From an uncultured SAR86 cluster bacterium (GTDB taxonomy: Bacteria > Pseudomonadota > Gammaproteobacteria > Magnimaribacterales > D2472): a stretch of DNA of 64,000 nucleotides. The DNA lies in assembly GCA_902558395.1 (NCBI GenBank), contig CACEDS010000002.1:197229-261228 (forward strand), read 5' to 3'. Positions within the stretch are counted from its first letter, which is position 1. Each line of letters opens with the position of its first letter. The notes under the pieces are model-generated. The model was not told the DNA's origin, ran no database searches, and worked only from the letters and a program-made list of their open reading frames with translations. Position numbers and translations under genes: made by a program. Below are positions 16,625 through 26,915 of this stretch, piece after piece.

Positions 16625-17283
16625 GGCAAATCAATAATCTCCCAAGAATTTTTTTTACACTCCTCTCTCAATTTATTATCAGGATTTACAGCTATTGGTT
16701 TATTGACAGCTAATAGCAATGGAAAATCATTCATGGAATCAGAATAAAATGTAGCATTTTTAAAATCATCGAAATTGTTAGAAAGCATCCATTCTCTAAC
16801 CTTTTTGAGTTTTCCCTCCCCTAGGGCTGGTATGCCTTTAACCTTACCAGTATAAACTCCATCAACCAATTCAACCTCTGTTGCAACAATATTTTCAAAT
16901 CCCAGTCTCTTAGCTATAGGATTGACTATTACAGAATTTGTAGCAGAGGCAAGCAACATTACATCCTCATTATGATGGTGGTTATGTAATAACCTCAATG
17001 CATATATATTAATCATCGGCTCTATGACTGAAGACAGAAACTCAGTCATGATATGTTCAACATAATCCGGTGTTTTTCCTTTTATTGTTGAAAGAGCAAA
17101 CTCAGCCCACTCATCATAGTCTAAATTGCCCTCATAATATTTATCATAGAAGTACTGATTTTTTTTCTCATATTTTTCTTTATCAACATGGCCAGTTTGA
17201 ATTAAAAAATTAATCCATGAATAATCAGAATCTCCATTAAGAATGGTATTATCTAAATCAAATATTGCTAAATTTTTTCTCAT
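16621..17283 (-). CDS. HAD-IB family hydrolase
   Basis: AIFDLDNTIL (motif I) and YSDSMNDFPLL (motif IV). Confidence 0.75.
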   Translation of the reverse strand: MRKNLAIFDLDNTILNGDSDYSWINFLIQTGHVDKEKYEKKNQYFYDKYYEGNLDYDEWAEFALSTIKGKTPDYVEHIMTEFLSSVIEPMINIYALRLLHNHHHNEDVMLLASATNSVIVNPIAKRLGFENIVATEVELVDGVYTGKVKGIPALGEGKLKKVREWMLSNNFDDFKNATFYSDSMNDFPLLLAVNKPIAVNPDNKLREECKKNSWEIIDLP

Positions 17284-17301
17284 AAAATAATTGTTACTAC
17301 A

Positions 17302-17790
17302 ATGATAAATGAAGCCGGATATAGATTAAACGTTGGTCTCATTGTTATCAATGATAAAGGCAAATTATTGCTGTGCAAAAGAAAAAATATAAATAGCTGG
17401 CAATTTCCTCAAGGCGGTATAGATTTTGGTGAAAGCCCGCTTAAGGCTGCAAGAAGAGAATTGTATGAAGAAGTTGGAATTAAAAAGAAAGATGTAAAAT
17501 TAATATCTTCAACAGATGAATGGTTTAAATATGATGTGGCTCATGAAAAAAGGAAAAATCATTTTTTAAAAAAAAGATTTAAAGGCCAAAAGCAAAAATG
17601 GTTTTTATTTAGGCTTATAAATGACATACAAATTCATTTTCAAAATGATCCCGATAATGAATTTATAGATTACAAATGGGTTCCATATTGGTACCCGTTA
17701 TATACTATCGTTGAATTTAAAAAAGAAGTATATCGCTCAGCTCTTAATGCATTGAGAGATAATTTTTGTGAAGAAATAAATAATGATTGA
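17302..17790 (+). CDS. rppH: RNA pyrophosphohydrolase (Nudix)
   Basis: GYRLNVGLIV start, then SWQFPQGGIDFGESPLKAARRELYEEVGI Nudix box. Confidence 0.85.
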   Translation: MINEAGYRLNVGLIVINDKGKLLLCKRKNINSWQFPQGGIDFGESPLKAARRELYEEVGIKKKDVKLISSTDEWFKYDVAHEKRKNHFLKKRFKGQKQKWFLFRLINDIQIHFQNDPDNEFIDYKWVPYWYPLYTIVEFKKEVYRSALNALRDNFCEEINND

Positions 17791-18574
17791 AGCACTTATA
17801 CTGTTTGCCACTTTGGGTATATTTGCAGGGCTTATAGCAGGAATGTTTGGTGTTGGTGGAGGAATTATTACAGTTCCTGTTTTGGTTGTCTGCTTTATTC
17901 AATATGGTTTTGAAGAAACAATCATGATTCACATGGCTGTAGGCACCTCACTTGCCTGTATTGTATTTACTGGAATTTCTTCAACATATGCTCACAAACA
18001 AAAGAACGCAATAAATTATAGTTTTTTTAAGCCGATAGCTTTAGGAATAGTTGTTGGGGCATTTCTTGGTGCATTGTTTGCAGTCCAGCTTAATGGAAAT
18101 ATTCTTAAAATTGTTATAGGCGTCTTTGCGCTTTTTGTTGCAATTCAAATGGGTATTAACAAGGAGATAAGGTTCAAAAAAAGAACTGAAAAAAATAAAG
18201 AGCCCTACTTTGTTGGAACTGGAATTGGATTCATGTCATCTGTTCTAGGTATAGGCGGAGGAATTTTTTCTGTTCCATACTTAAAAGCATCCGGATTGCC
18301 TATGACTGCAAGTATTGGGACTTCTGCTGCATGTGGTGTTCCAATAGCCATCTTTGGTGCATTGGGTTATGTAATTTCAGGCATTAATAATGCACTTTTA
18401 CCACCACTAACATTAGGCTATATATATTTGCCAGCCCTTCTAGGTATTAGTTTAACTAGTATAATAGCGGCTAAATATGGGGCTCATATTGCCCATCACG
18501 TATCTGAAAAAATATTGAAGAGAATGATGGCAGGTATGATGTTGCTTATATCTTTTTATATGGTTTTTTCATGA
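17783..18574 (+). CDS. TauE/SafE family anion exporter
   Basis: Polytopic protein with duplicated G(V/I)GGG(I) motifs (MFGVGGGIITVP and LGIGGGIFSVP). Confidence 0.75.
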   Translation: MIEALILFATLGIFAGLIAGMFGVGGGIITVPVLVVCFIQYGFEETIMIHMAVGTSLACIVFTGISSTYAHKQKNAINYSFFKPIALGIVVGAFLGALFAVQLNGNILKIVIGVFALFVAIQMGINKEIRFKKRTEKNKEPYFVGTGIGFMSSVLGIGGGIFSVPYLKASGLPMTASIGTSAACGVPIAIFGALGYVISGINNALLPPLTLGYIYLPALLGISLTSIIAAKYGAHIAHHVSEKILKRMMAGMMLLISFYMVFS

Positions 18575-19368
18575 TTATAGAATTATCAGAATTTTTTAAT
18601 AACCCTTCATTGATCGAAATTGGTCCATTAAAAATACAATACTATGCTGTGACATGGTTACTATCTGCTGTCTTTATATATCTTTTTTTGAAATCGAATC
18701 AAATAATGATTGAGCTTGGCTTAAATCATGAAAAAGTTAATGATTTAGTTTTTCTTTATGGTTTATTTATTGGTGCTATGTGTGGAGGAAGAGTTGGGTA
18801 CATGCTTTTTTATGGAACAGAGCAACTAATTAATAATCCAATATCTTTGTTTTATATTTGGCAAGGAGGCCTGAGTTTTCATGGGGGCTTGGCTGGGGTG
18901 GTTGTTAGCTTCCTGGTGTTTGCTAAGAAAAATAGTCTAAGTTTTTTAAGGCTTATGGATGGCGCGGCCCTATCAATGCCTATAGGTCTTGGACTTGTAA
19001 GAATTGGCAATTTTCTAAATGGTGAATTATATGGAAAGGAAACAAATGGAGATTGGGGCTTTGTTTTTCCTACAGATCCATTTGGACTCTTACGACATCC
19101 ATCACAGCTATATGAAAGTTTTGGAGAGGGCCTGGTATTGTTTGTTTTGTTATATTGGATAAACAAAGTTACTAAAATTCATGGGGTTGTTTGCTCAAGC
19201 TTTTTAATCTTTTACGGATTAATAAGATTTTCTATTGAGTTCTTAAGGCAACCAGACTCTCATATCGGATATATCTTTTTAGACTCATTAAGTATGGGGC
19301 AGATTCTTTGTGTTCCTATGATAGTAATTGGATTTATAATGTTATTTTATTCAAGGAAAAATGCATGA
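18571..19368 (+). CDS. lgt: prolipoprotein diacylglyceryl transferase
   Basis: GGLSFHGGLAG, RIGNFLNGELYG and HPSQLYES. Confidence 0.9.
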   Translation: MIIELSEFFNNPSLIEIGPLKIQYYAVTWLLSAVFIYLFLKSNQIMIELGLNHEKVNDLVFLYGLFIGAMCGGRVGYMLFYGTEQLINNPISLFYIWQGGLSFHGGLAGVVVSFLVFAKKNSLSFLRLMDGAALSMPIGLGLVRIGNFLNGELYGKETNGDWGFVFPTDPFGLLRHPSQLYESFGEGLVLFVLLYWINKVTKIHGVVCSSFLIFYGLIRFSIEFLRQPDSHIGYIFLDSLSMGQILCVPMIVIGFIMLFYSRKNA

Positions 19369-20228
19369 AGGCTTATTTAGATCTGCTGCAATATATTTTA
19401 GAGAACGGTGAAAAAAGAGATGATAGAACCAATACCGGAACTATTTCCTCTTTCGGTCATCAACTATCATTTGATCTAGATGAAGGTTTTCCTGCAGTAA
19501 CAACAAAATCTCTTGCATGGAAGGGTGTGGTATCTGAGCTGATATGGTTTTTAGAGGGATCAAGTGATGAGAGAAGGCTTGCTGAAATAAGATTTGGTAA
19601 GAATAGAGAAGAGCTTACCGACTTAAAAAAATACTCAACAATTTGGACAGATAATGCTGATAATCAGGGTAAAAAATTAGGTTATGAGAATAATGAATTA
19701 AGGAAAGAGCTTGGGCCAGTATACGGTGTCCAATGGAGAGATTGGGATGGGATTGATCAGATTAAAGATTTAATGGATAACCTTAAAAATAATCCTGATA
19801 GCAGAAGACATATTTTATCAGCATGGAATGTTAGAAAAATTGATAAGATGGCTTTACCCCCATGTCATGTAATGTCGCAATTTTATATCAGCAATGGAAC
19901 TATAAGCTGTCATATGTATCAAAGAAGTGCAGACATGTTTCTTGGTGTTCCATTTAATATTGCAAGTTACTCACTTTTATTAAGCATATTCGGAGAAATA
20001 TTAAATCTTAGGCCCAAAAAATTTGTTCATTCATTTGGAGATGCGCACATATATTTAAATTCTATAGATCAAGTAAAAGAACAAATATCACGGAAACCAT
20101 TTGATGCCCCCAAATTAATTATGCCAACACTTAATTCTCTTGAAGATTTATCATCCTGTTCTATAGATGACTTTAAACTTGTGGGCTATGAACATCATCC
20201 TGCTATAAAAGCAAAAATGGCTGTATAA
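19365..20228 (+). CDS. thyA: thymidylate synthase
   Basis: MKAYLDLLQYILENG, DRTNTGT and ALPPCH active site. The ATG at 19365 overlaps the lgt TGA (ATGA). Confidence 0.9.
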   Translation: MKAYLDLLQYILENGEKRDDRTNTGTISSFGHQLSFDLDEGFPAVTTKSLAWKGVVSELIWFLEGSSDERRLAEIRFGKNREELTDLKKYSTIWTDNADNQGKKLGYENNELRKELGPVYGVQWRDWDGIDQIKDLMDNLKNNPDSRRHILSAWNVRKIDKMALPPCHVMSQFYISNGTISCHMYQRSADMFLGVPFNIASYSLLLSIFGEILNLRPKKFVHSFGDAHIYLNSIDQVKEQISRKPFDAPKLIMPTLNSLEDLSSCSIDDFKLVGYEHHPAIKAKMAV

Positions 20229-20230
20229 AA

Positions 20231-20737
20231 ATGAAAATTATTTCTCATCTTGTTGCTGTATCAAATGACCTTGTAATTGGGGTGGACAACGATTTACCGT
20301 GGAATTTAAAAGATGACCTTGCCCATTTTAAAAAATATACACTCAATAAAATAATTATCATGGGAAGAAAGACATTTGAATCAATTGGAAGACCTCTTCC
20401 CAATAGAATAAATTATGTAATTTCTAGAACAATAAAAGAAATAAATGGTGTTCATGTATTTGATAATTTAGATGATGCTATGCTAGCCGCAGAAAGACAT
20501 AATAATAAAATGGGTATAGATAATGAAATAGTGATTATTGGTGGCGGATATTTGTTTAAAGAAACTTTGCCAGTTATGAATAAATTAGTTATTACAAAAG
20601 TAGATTGTAATGTTCTGGGAGACATATACTATCCAACGGTCGAAATGAAAAACTGGAAGCTGGTAAATTCAGAGTCTTATAAAAAAAATGCAGACAATGA
20701 CTTTGATTTTAAGATAGAAGAATATGAAAAGTTATGA
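20231..20737 (+). CDS. folA: dihydrofolate reductase
   Basis: NDLPWNLKDDLAHFKKYT, IMGRKTFESIG and VIIGGG. Confidence 0.9.
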   Translation: MKIISHLVAVSNDLVIGVDNDLPWNLKDDLAHFKKYTLNKIIIMGRKTFESIGRPLPNRINYVISRTIKEINGVHVFDNLDDAMLAAERHNNKMGIDNEIVIIGGGYLFKETLPVMNKLVITKVDCNVLGDIYYPTVEMKNWKLVNSESYKKNADNDFDFKIEEYEKL

Positions 20738-22174
20738 CTGGCTTTGAATATAATCTCTTCTTAGAGCTAAATTCTTAACCCTTATTTCTTCATTTTCAGT
20801 ATATTTAATCCAGTTATTAGCTGTTGTTTTAATTTGTTTGTCTTTGTCCCTAGCAGCTATTCTAAATTCTTTTTTTGCAGCATCAAACTTTTGAAGCTCA
20901 AAATAAGCCTGACCTAAAGTTAGATGAACCTGTGACAGCTTGTCGATTTTTCCTTTCCTTAGACCTTTTTTGATTGCATCTACTGCTTCATTAAGCTTAT
21001 CTTCAGATAAATATAAATTACCAAGAAGGACATATGATTTCCCATCTTTTGACAGAGCGGCAGCTTGCTCTAAAACAGGTATTGCTTTTTCGATTTCTTG
21101 AGCCATTCTCCATGAATCAGCTAAAAGCTTTAAGTTCTTTTCATTGCTTTTCACCACCGGGCCAGTCTTATCAACTTTAGTTTCTTTACCAGTAGCTTTA
21201 TCTTTTACAGTTTCTTGGTAGGTAGTAATCTTTTTTTGTCCTGATACAAGAACTTGTGCAGCCCAAAATGGATTTTTATTTAATAATAATAGTTGAGCTA
21301 AAGCTAAATATTCGGATTCTTTATCCAATAAGTCTTTTGAATGAGCGGCTTTTAGCGTAATCATATAATCTCTTTCTCTACCAAGCTGGCCATATGTTCC
21401 ACCTAACTGTATAAAATACAATTTCTTGGGATATAAATTTACAAGGATTTCGTATATATCTAACTGCTGAAGAAGTGCATTTTTTTCGCCAATCTCTTTT
21501 TTTAACTCGCCAATACAAGCAGCAACTATTACATACCAGTTTTCTTTTGGTTTATAGCCCTCTTCTTCTGACATAGAAATAGCAGTCTTCATCGAAGACA
21601 TTGCCTTTTTAAAATTTCCTTGTTGAAAATATGCTTGTCCTAGCAATGACCATGCTTGGGCAGTTACTGTTTCAACTTCATCCATCCATTGGAGTATTAG
21701 AGAAATACCTTTGGCATAGTTTTCTTTAACTAAATTTAGTTGGGCAAGAGTAAAAAGAGCTGCATTTCTAATTGGCAATGTTACTTCAGGCTCATTTATA
21801 ACATTATCATAGGCCCGCATGGCTTGATCATACTTTCCTTCAACAAAATAAACATAACCCCAAGAATTCCACATTACTGATCTATCATAGCTTTTCAGGT
21901 TTTCTTGATCACTTTTTAGCTCTGTAAGAATTTCTACAACAGTCTCCATATCAGGAGCTGGCTCACCCTTATCATCTACCACCTCAAGAGCTTCATATAC
22001 TTTAGCCATCTTTTTTGCGGTTGAAGACTGTAAAGCTCTAGCTTTTTTATATTTTATTTGCTTCTTTGGTTTGTCTGCTGATTGCGCTTCAACATAATTA
22101 CTGGTGTAGGAAAATGAAAATGCTAGTACAGCAAATAAATATATAATTTTTGATTTTTTAATTAGCTTAATCAT
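20732..22174 (-). CDS. TPR-repeat protein of TonB2-type cluster (TtpD-like)
   Basis: Signal peptide followed by multiple TPR-like repeats (e.g. LGQAYFQQGNFKKAM, LGQAYFELQKFDAAKKEF). It is the last gene of the ExbB/ExbD/TonB operon. Confidence 0.7.
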   Translation of the reverse strand: MIKLIKKSKIIYLFAVLAFSFSYTSNYVEAQSADKPKKQIKYKKARALQSSTAKKMAKVYEALEVVDDKGEPAPDMETVVEILTELKSDQENLKSYDRSVMWNSWGYVYFVEGKYDQAMRAYDNVINEPEVTLPIRNAALFTLAQLNLVKENYAKGISLILQWMDEVETVTAQAWSLLGQAYFQQGNFKKAMSSMKTAISMSEEEGYKPKENWYVIVAACIGELKKEIGEKNALLQQLDIYEILVNLYPKKLYFIQLGGTYGQLGRERDYMITLKAAHSKDLLDKESEYLALAQLLLLNKNPFWAAQVLVSGQKKITTYQETVKDKATGKETKVDKTGPVVKSNEKNLKLLADSWRMAQEIEKAIPVLEQAAALSKDGKSYVLLGNLYLSEDKLNEAVDAIKKGLRKGKIDKLSQVHLTLGQAYFELQKFDAAKKEFRIAARDKDKQIKTTANNWIKYTENEEIRVKNLALRRDYIQSQS

Positions 22175-22865
22175 CTTTTGCCATTATAAACGTAAACCTG
22201 TGTAAAACCCCCTCAACTGATGTTGCTTTGCCATCAACTATTTTTGGTTTGTACTTTAATTTTAATGCAGCTCTAGCAGATGCGCTATTGAAAATAGTGC
22301 ATGGTCTCATTTCTTCTTGTGGGCCCTGAGGATCGCCACAATAACCTTCAATTGCTTTTGCATTTTCTACGCTGCCGGAATCAGTAATCGTAAAGGTTAC
22401 AATTGAATATCCTTGAGTTCCTCTTTCTTGCGCTCTTCTAGGATATATTGGTTGAACTTTAAATAGCGGGATGTATTCTCCATCTCTAAAGAAAGATCCA
22501 CCAGCCTTAAAATTAGCTTTAGGTTTTGCAATTGAAACATCTATACCTGTAAGAGGCTGAAGATCTAGATCTGGTTGAGCAATATCCTCCGGTTGCTCCT
22601 CCGGTTGTTCAGGCTTTTCAACCTCAGTCATAAAAGTATCAATTTGTCTTTCGGGCATGACAACATCGGCCAGTTTTACTGATGTATCCTCTTTTATACC
22701 ACTGTCTCCAAGAGAGATTAATATAACCATTACAAAAAATAATCCTGTTGTTATAAGAACTGATAAGCCAACACCAGCAACATATTTATTTGCATCAAAA
22801 GCTTTATTATATAAAGCTTGAATAGGCTTTAATGCAGATTTTATAGCTGTTGCCAATTGGTTCAT
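22167..22865 (-). CDS. tonB: energy transducer TonB
   Basis: N-terminal TM helix, Pro/Glu-rich spacer (EKPEQPEEQPEDIAQPD), and a C-terminal TonB domain (YPRRAQERGTQGYSIVTFTI). Confidence 0.85.
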   Translation of the reverse strand: MNQLATAIKSALKPIQALYNKAFDANKYVAGVGLSVLITTGLFFVMVILISLGDSGIKEDTSVKLADVVMPERQIDTFMTEVEKPEQPEEQPEDIAQPDLDLQPLTGIDVSIAKPKANFKAGGSFFRDGEYIPLFKVQPIYPRRAQERGTQGYSIVTFTITDSGSVENAKAIEGYCGDPQGPQEEMRPCTIFNSASARAALKLKYKPKIVDGKATSVEGVLHRFTFIMAKDD

Positions 22866-22871
22866 ATTAAA

Positions 22872-23282
22872 TTATTTAGGTTCAGAGGCTAATGATATTG
22901 CGCTTACTCCAGCCTCTCTTGCACCATCCATAACCTGGATGATTGTATCAGCCATAGCTTTCTCATCAGCTTGAATTACAACAGAGCCCTGAGGATTATC
23001 TGCCAGCAACTTAACAACATTTGCTTTTACTTGACGCACATCAATTCTTCTACCATCCATCCATACTTCCCCAGTAGGACCAACAGCTATTAATATGGCT
23101 GCATTCTCTTGGGTCTCAGCAGTATCAGAGTCTGGTCTATTAATTTCAAGCCCAGGTTCTTTGATGAAGTTAGCAGTTACAATGAAAAATATAAGCATGA
23201 TGAAAACCACATCAAGCATAGGAGTTAAATTAATTTCATCATTCTCTTCTTGAACTGCGCTTGTTATTGCATTTCTTCTCAT
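22872..23282 (-). CDS. exbD: biopolymer transport protein ExbD/TolR
   Basis: INLTPMLDVVFIMLIFFIV signature. 136 aa. Confidence 0.85.
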   Translation of the reverse strand: MRRNAITSAVQEENDEINLTPMLDVVFIMLIFFIVTANFIKEPGLEINRPDSDTAETQENAAILIAVGPTGEVWMDGRRIDVRQVKANVVKLLADNPQGSVVIQADEKAMADTIIQVMDGAREAGVSAISLASEPK

Positions 23283-23294
23283 AATAACCCTCTT

Positions 23295-23828
23295 CTAATC
23301 TATTTCTCTTTTAATAATATCGTTAAGTTCAGACTCATGTCTTTTGCTAGTACTTGTTAAATAAATAGCTGCAAATGAACCAGATAAAGCTGTCACCATA
23401 CCTGCCATAGTCGGTAGTGTTGCCTTGGAAACTCCTCCCGCCATAGCTCTGGCATCACCGCCACCATTAAATGCCATAACTTGGAATACCTCAATCATTC
23501 CAGTCACAGTTCCTAAGAGGCCCAATAAAGGAGCCAACACAATACATGTTTGAATGATGCTTATATTTTTATTTATTTCCATCTTGGCTTGAGACATCAT
23601 CTTCTCTCTTATTTGGAGAGCATACCAAGATTTTTTATCTTTTCTAGAATTCCACTTTTCAGCAAGACCATTAACATATTCTTGGTGTGCATGAGAAAGA
23701 TACCAAATTCTCTCAAAGATCATGCCCCACATAAAAAACACAAGAATCGCTATAAGCCAAAGCACATTTCCACCTTGCTCCATAAAGTCTCTTATGGATG
23801 ACAAGGCTTCTGTGATTGCAAATAGCAT
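23295..23828 (-). CDS. exbB: MotA/TolQ/ExbB proton-channel protein
   Basis: APLLGLLGTVTGMIEVF motif; 3 TM; 177 aa. Confidence 0.85.
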   Translation of the reverse strand: MLFAITEALSSIRDFMEQGGNVLWLIAILVFFMWGMIFERIWYLSHAHQEYVNGLAEKWNSRKDKKSWYALQIREKMMSQAKMEINKNISIIQTCIVLAPLLGLLGTVTGMIEVFQVMAFNGGGDARAMAGGVSKATLPTMAGMVTALSGSFAAIYLTSTSKRHESELNDIIKREID

Positions 23829-23838
23829 TTACTATTAC

Positions 23839-25221
23839 CTACTTCTCAGCTTTTTCAGCAAGAATACCAGTGCTCTGCTCTTCAAGAATGCTTATAATTC
23901 CTCTAGCTGAAGACTGAGTAAAGGAATGAAGCAGACTTGTTGGAATAGCTACTAATAAACCTAATACAGTTGTAACAAGAGCTTGCGAAATACCACCAGC
24001 CATAAGCTTAGGATCTCCTGTTCCATACAAAGTAATCATTTGGAATGTTACAATCATACCTGTAACAGTTCCTAAAAGACCTGCTAAAGGTGCAATGACT
24101 GAAATAATCTTTATAAACCCAATACCTTGTTCAATTGCTGGTCTTTCTGCCATTATTGCTTCAGCAAGCTTTAACTCTAATGTATCAATATCTTTATCAA
24201 AGTTATCTTTACCAACTTTCAGGACTCTTCCTAGTGGATTTGCTGAATCAGCTGCATCTTGACCAGCCTGTTTTCTAACTGCAGTGCCAATCATATATAG
24301 ACTGTATAATTTATAGAATGCAAATAGAACAGCGATAATACCAACAGCAATAATTGCATAACCAACTTCTCTACCCTGTTGAGCTCTTTCCATTAAAGAT
24401 GGAGTTTGTATTAGATTAGCTAGCAAACTACCACCGGTAGGGCCTGTTGGGTCTACCCCAAACTTAACTTGGTCACCGGCTTCTGCATCACCTATTTTGC
24501 TAGCTGTTTTAGTATATCTACCTGCGGGCTGTCTAGGTAAAAAAGCATACTGTCCTTTTGAGGTTGCATATTCTAAGTATTTACCGTCACAGACAGCATT
24601 AAATAAGCCTACTCTAGTAACGTTACACTCTGACGTTTCACCATCTACATCTATTACATCTGTTGTAAATGATACAACCTGACCACTAGCCACCATTTCT
24701 CTTTGAAGTTCATACCAAAGTCCTTCAATTTCTCTAATAGTTGGAAGTTCAGTTGTCTCTGACATTTTGCCTGTTAATGCATTTAGGAACTTAACTCTAT
24801 CTTGCCCATATTCAGCACCTGTTAAGGAGCCTGAAAATTGAACAGCAGCTTCTCCAGCTGAACTTTGAAGATGTCCGAACAACTCAACAAGTGAACCTAA
24901 TTCTTTTTGATAAGCCTCTTCTTTAACTCGAAGAATTTCTTCATTCTTCTTATATTCAGCTTCAAGGGTGTCTGCAATTTTTTCTTGTCTTGCTAACTCT
25001 CTTTTTTCAGCTGCTAAAATCGAAGCTTGCTTATTTTTATTTGCCATGAATTCAGCTTCTCTACTAGAGTTTGCTGCCTGCTCTTGCGTTTTACCCTCTT
25101 TAACTAATGCTAAAAGAGCTTCAACTGTTGAGACTTCAACTACCTCTTCAGAATTTTCTTGAGAAGAAATAAAGCCACTGAATAATAGAAGCAGTGCTGG
25201 AATTATATATAGTTTTTTCAT
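23839..25221 (-). CDS. large MotA/TolQ/ExbB-family protein (TtpC-like)
   Basis: Signal peptide and a long coiled-coil periplasmic region, then a C-terminal ExbB-like module (APLAGLLGTVTGMIVTF). 460 aa. Confidence 0.75.
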   Translation of the reverse strand: MKKLYIIPALLLLFSGFISSQENSEEVVEVSTVEALLALVKEGKTQEQAANSSREAEFMANKNKQASILAAEKRELARQEKIADTLEAEYKKNEEILRVKEEAYQKELGSLVELFGHLQSSAGEAAVQFSGSLTGAEYGQDRVKFLNALTGKMSETTELPTIREIEGLWYELQREMVASGQVVSFTTDVIDVDGETSECNVTRVGLFNAVCDGKYLEYATSKGQYAFLPRQPAGRYTKTASKIGDAEAGDQVKFGVDPTGPTGGSLLANLIQTPSLMERAQQGREVGYAIIAVGIIAVLFAFYKLYSLYMIGTAVRKQAGQDAADSANPLGRVLKVGKDNFDKDIDTLELKLAEAIMAERPAIEQGIGFIKIISVIAPLAGLLGTVTGMIVTFQMITLYGTGDPKLMAGGISQALVTTVLGLLVAIPTSLLHSFTQSSARGIISILEEQSTGILAEKAEK

Positions 25222-25970
25222 TACACCTCTCCTTTAACAACTGGCATCATTAACATATCTGTAGGAGCTAATTTTTTAGCCATTCTAATACCATCTCTGA
25301 TTGGTTTTCTATATGAACCAGGAAGTTCATCCCATGTTCCTGTAGCATTGTTCCATCTGCCGCTAGATTGCTCATCTTTAGTTTGATAGAACATTCCGAT
25401 TCTTCCGATAACTAAAATATTAACAACGGTTCCATCTTCAAGTGTACTTTCATAGGTATCAATTTTTCTACCGTATTCAGCCTCAATATTATAGGCTTCT
25501 AATACCTGTCTAACTTGCTCAGAAGCCGTAACTTTAGGTTTAGCCAAAGAAGATCTGACTAAATCAATTCTGTTTTGTCTTTCTTCAATCCTGAAGGGAG
25601 TATCAAGAGAGATAAAAGATTCTAAACTTTCAAGCATTCTTTGAGCTAAAGGAGGTATTTGTCTTTGCATAACAACAACCTGAACAAGTTGGTCGTCTAG
25701 CTTGTCCATTAACTCCAATTGAGCAGCGATTTGGATTCTTTTTTGTTCGTTATAAAGTTTTAAACCTTCAACTTGTTTAGAAACAGCCTTGTATTCATTA
25801 ATAATTTTATCTGTTTGTCTTTCTGTTGTATCAATTCTATCTTGAGATTTTGCTGATAGCATTTGATTATCTCTTCCAACTTCGAGAACACTTTCCATAT
25901 CAGAGGATGAAAGCATTCCAGAAATGGAGACGATCATGCACAGCTGTGCTATATTAAATTTATTTTTCAT
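25221..25970 (-). CDS. DUF3450-family periplasmic coiled-coil protein (TtpB-like)
   Basis: First gene of the cluster. Signal peptide plus coiled coil. Its stop overlaps the start of the TtpC-like gene by 1 nt. Confidence 0.6.
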   Translation of the reverse strand: MKNKFNIAQLCMIVSISGMLSSSDMESVLEVGRDNQMLSAKSQDRIDTTERQTDKIINEYKAVSKQVEGLKLYNEQKRIQIAAQLELMDKLDDQLVQVVVMQRQIPPLAQRMLESLESFISLDTPFRIEERQNRIDLVRSSLAKPKVTASEQVRQVLEAYNIEAEYGRKIDTYESTLEDGTVVNILVIGRIGMFYQTKDEQSSGRWNNATGTWDELPGSYRKPIRDGIRMAKKLAPTDMLMMPVVKGEV

Positions 25971-26060
25971 AAATATCTCCCTAAAAGTTTGAACATGTTA
26001 CCAGTCATAGACCAATAATTAAACTATTTTTTGTAAAGCATTTTTATCTTAATTCTTTTT

Positions 26061-26915
26061 TTAACCTTTAAAATTCAACCACAATACAGGTGTATTAGAT
26101 TTATATTTTTTATAATCTTCATCATGTCCCCATTTTTTATCAGCTCTAGCTTCTAACATTCTTACACCACTCACATATACAAGAAGAATGTAAGTAAATA
26201 TTGGTGATATAAGGGTTAAGTATTGCCACCCCTCTAAAGATGAAAATGACATAACAGCAATGCCTGCCCAAAGAACTATTTCACCAAAATAATTTGGATG
26301 TCTTGATTTAGCCCATAACCCTGTAGTAATGAATTTATCCCTATTTTCAGGAAAAGATCTAAATTTAGATTTCTGATTATCTGCAACAATTTCAGTACTA
26401 AAACCAAGTACAAATAAACCTAACCCAAAATAGAACAATGCGTTAACAACTACTCCAGTATCTGATGAAATTGCAGTTAAAGCGCACATTGAACATAAAG
26501 AAACCCATAGTCCTTGCAATGTCCATGTCATAAAAAATTGAGTTGCTGAGGGCTTTATTGTTCTAAACCTTTTATCTTCCCCATCTTTATGTATTCGCAT
26601 AAACAAAAAACTGCCTAGTCTTAGGGCCCATAAAGAAATAAGCAAAACAATAACTGTATTTGCTACATTGGCATTAGCGAAATCACCAGAAGCTAAAATT
26701 AATGCATACCAAGTTACAGATAGATAGGTAAGACTTCCTGTTAAATCATAAAATTTTTCTGTCTGAAAAACATATGCAGGAATATATGCCACCCACTGAA
26801 TTAAAAATGCCAAAATTACCACCCTTAAAACATTCTCGATACCTGTCGCTGCTGCAATTGAAATTGCAATAAAAAATACAGCTAATGATATTAATAAATT
26901 GACTAATGCTTTCAT
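26061..26915 (-). CDS. DUF1295 membrane protein (steroid 5-alpha-reductase / ICMT-like fold)
   Basis: Polytopic protein with C-terminal SRHPNYFGE, characteristic of DUF1295. Confidence 0.7.
   Translation of the reverse strand: MKALVNLLISLAVFFIAISIAAATGIENVLRVVILAFLIQWVAYIPAYVFQTEKFYDLTGSLTYLSVTWYALILASGDFANANVANTVIVLLISLWALRLGSFLFMRIHKDGEDKRFRTIKPSATQFFMTWTLQGLWVSLCSMCALTAISSDTGVVVNALFYFGLGLFVLGFSTEIVADNQKSKFRSFPENRDKFITTGLWAKSRHPNYFGEIVLWAGIAVMSFSSLEGWQYLTLISPIFTYILLVYVSGVRMLEARADKKWGHDEDYKKYKSNTPVLWLNFKG

Noticed and set aside
26014-26032. Fur-box-like sequence upstream of the TonB2 cluster
   Set aside because: It matches the 19-bp consensus at only about 11 of 19 positions and has no internal dyad symmetry, so it is not distinguishable from the AT-rich background.
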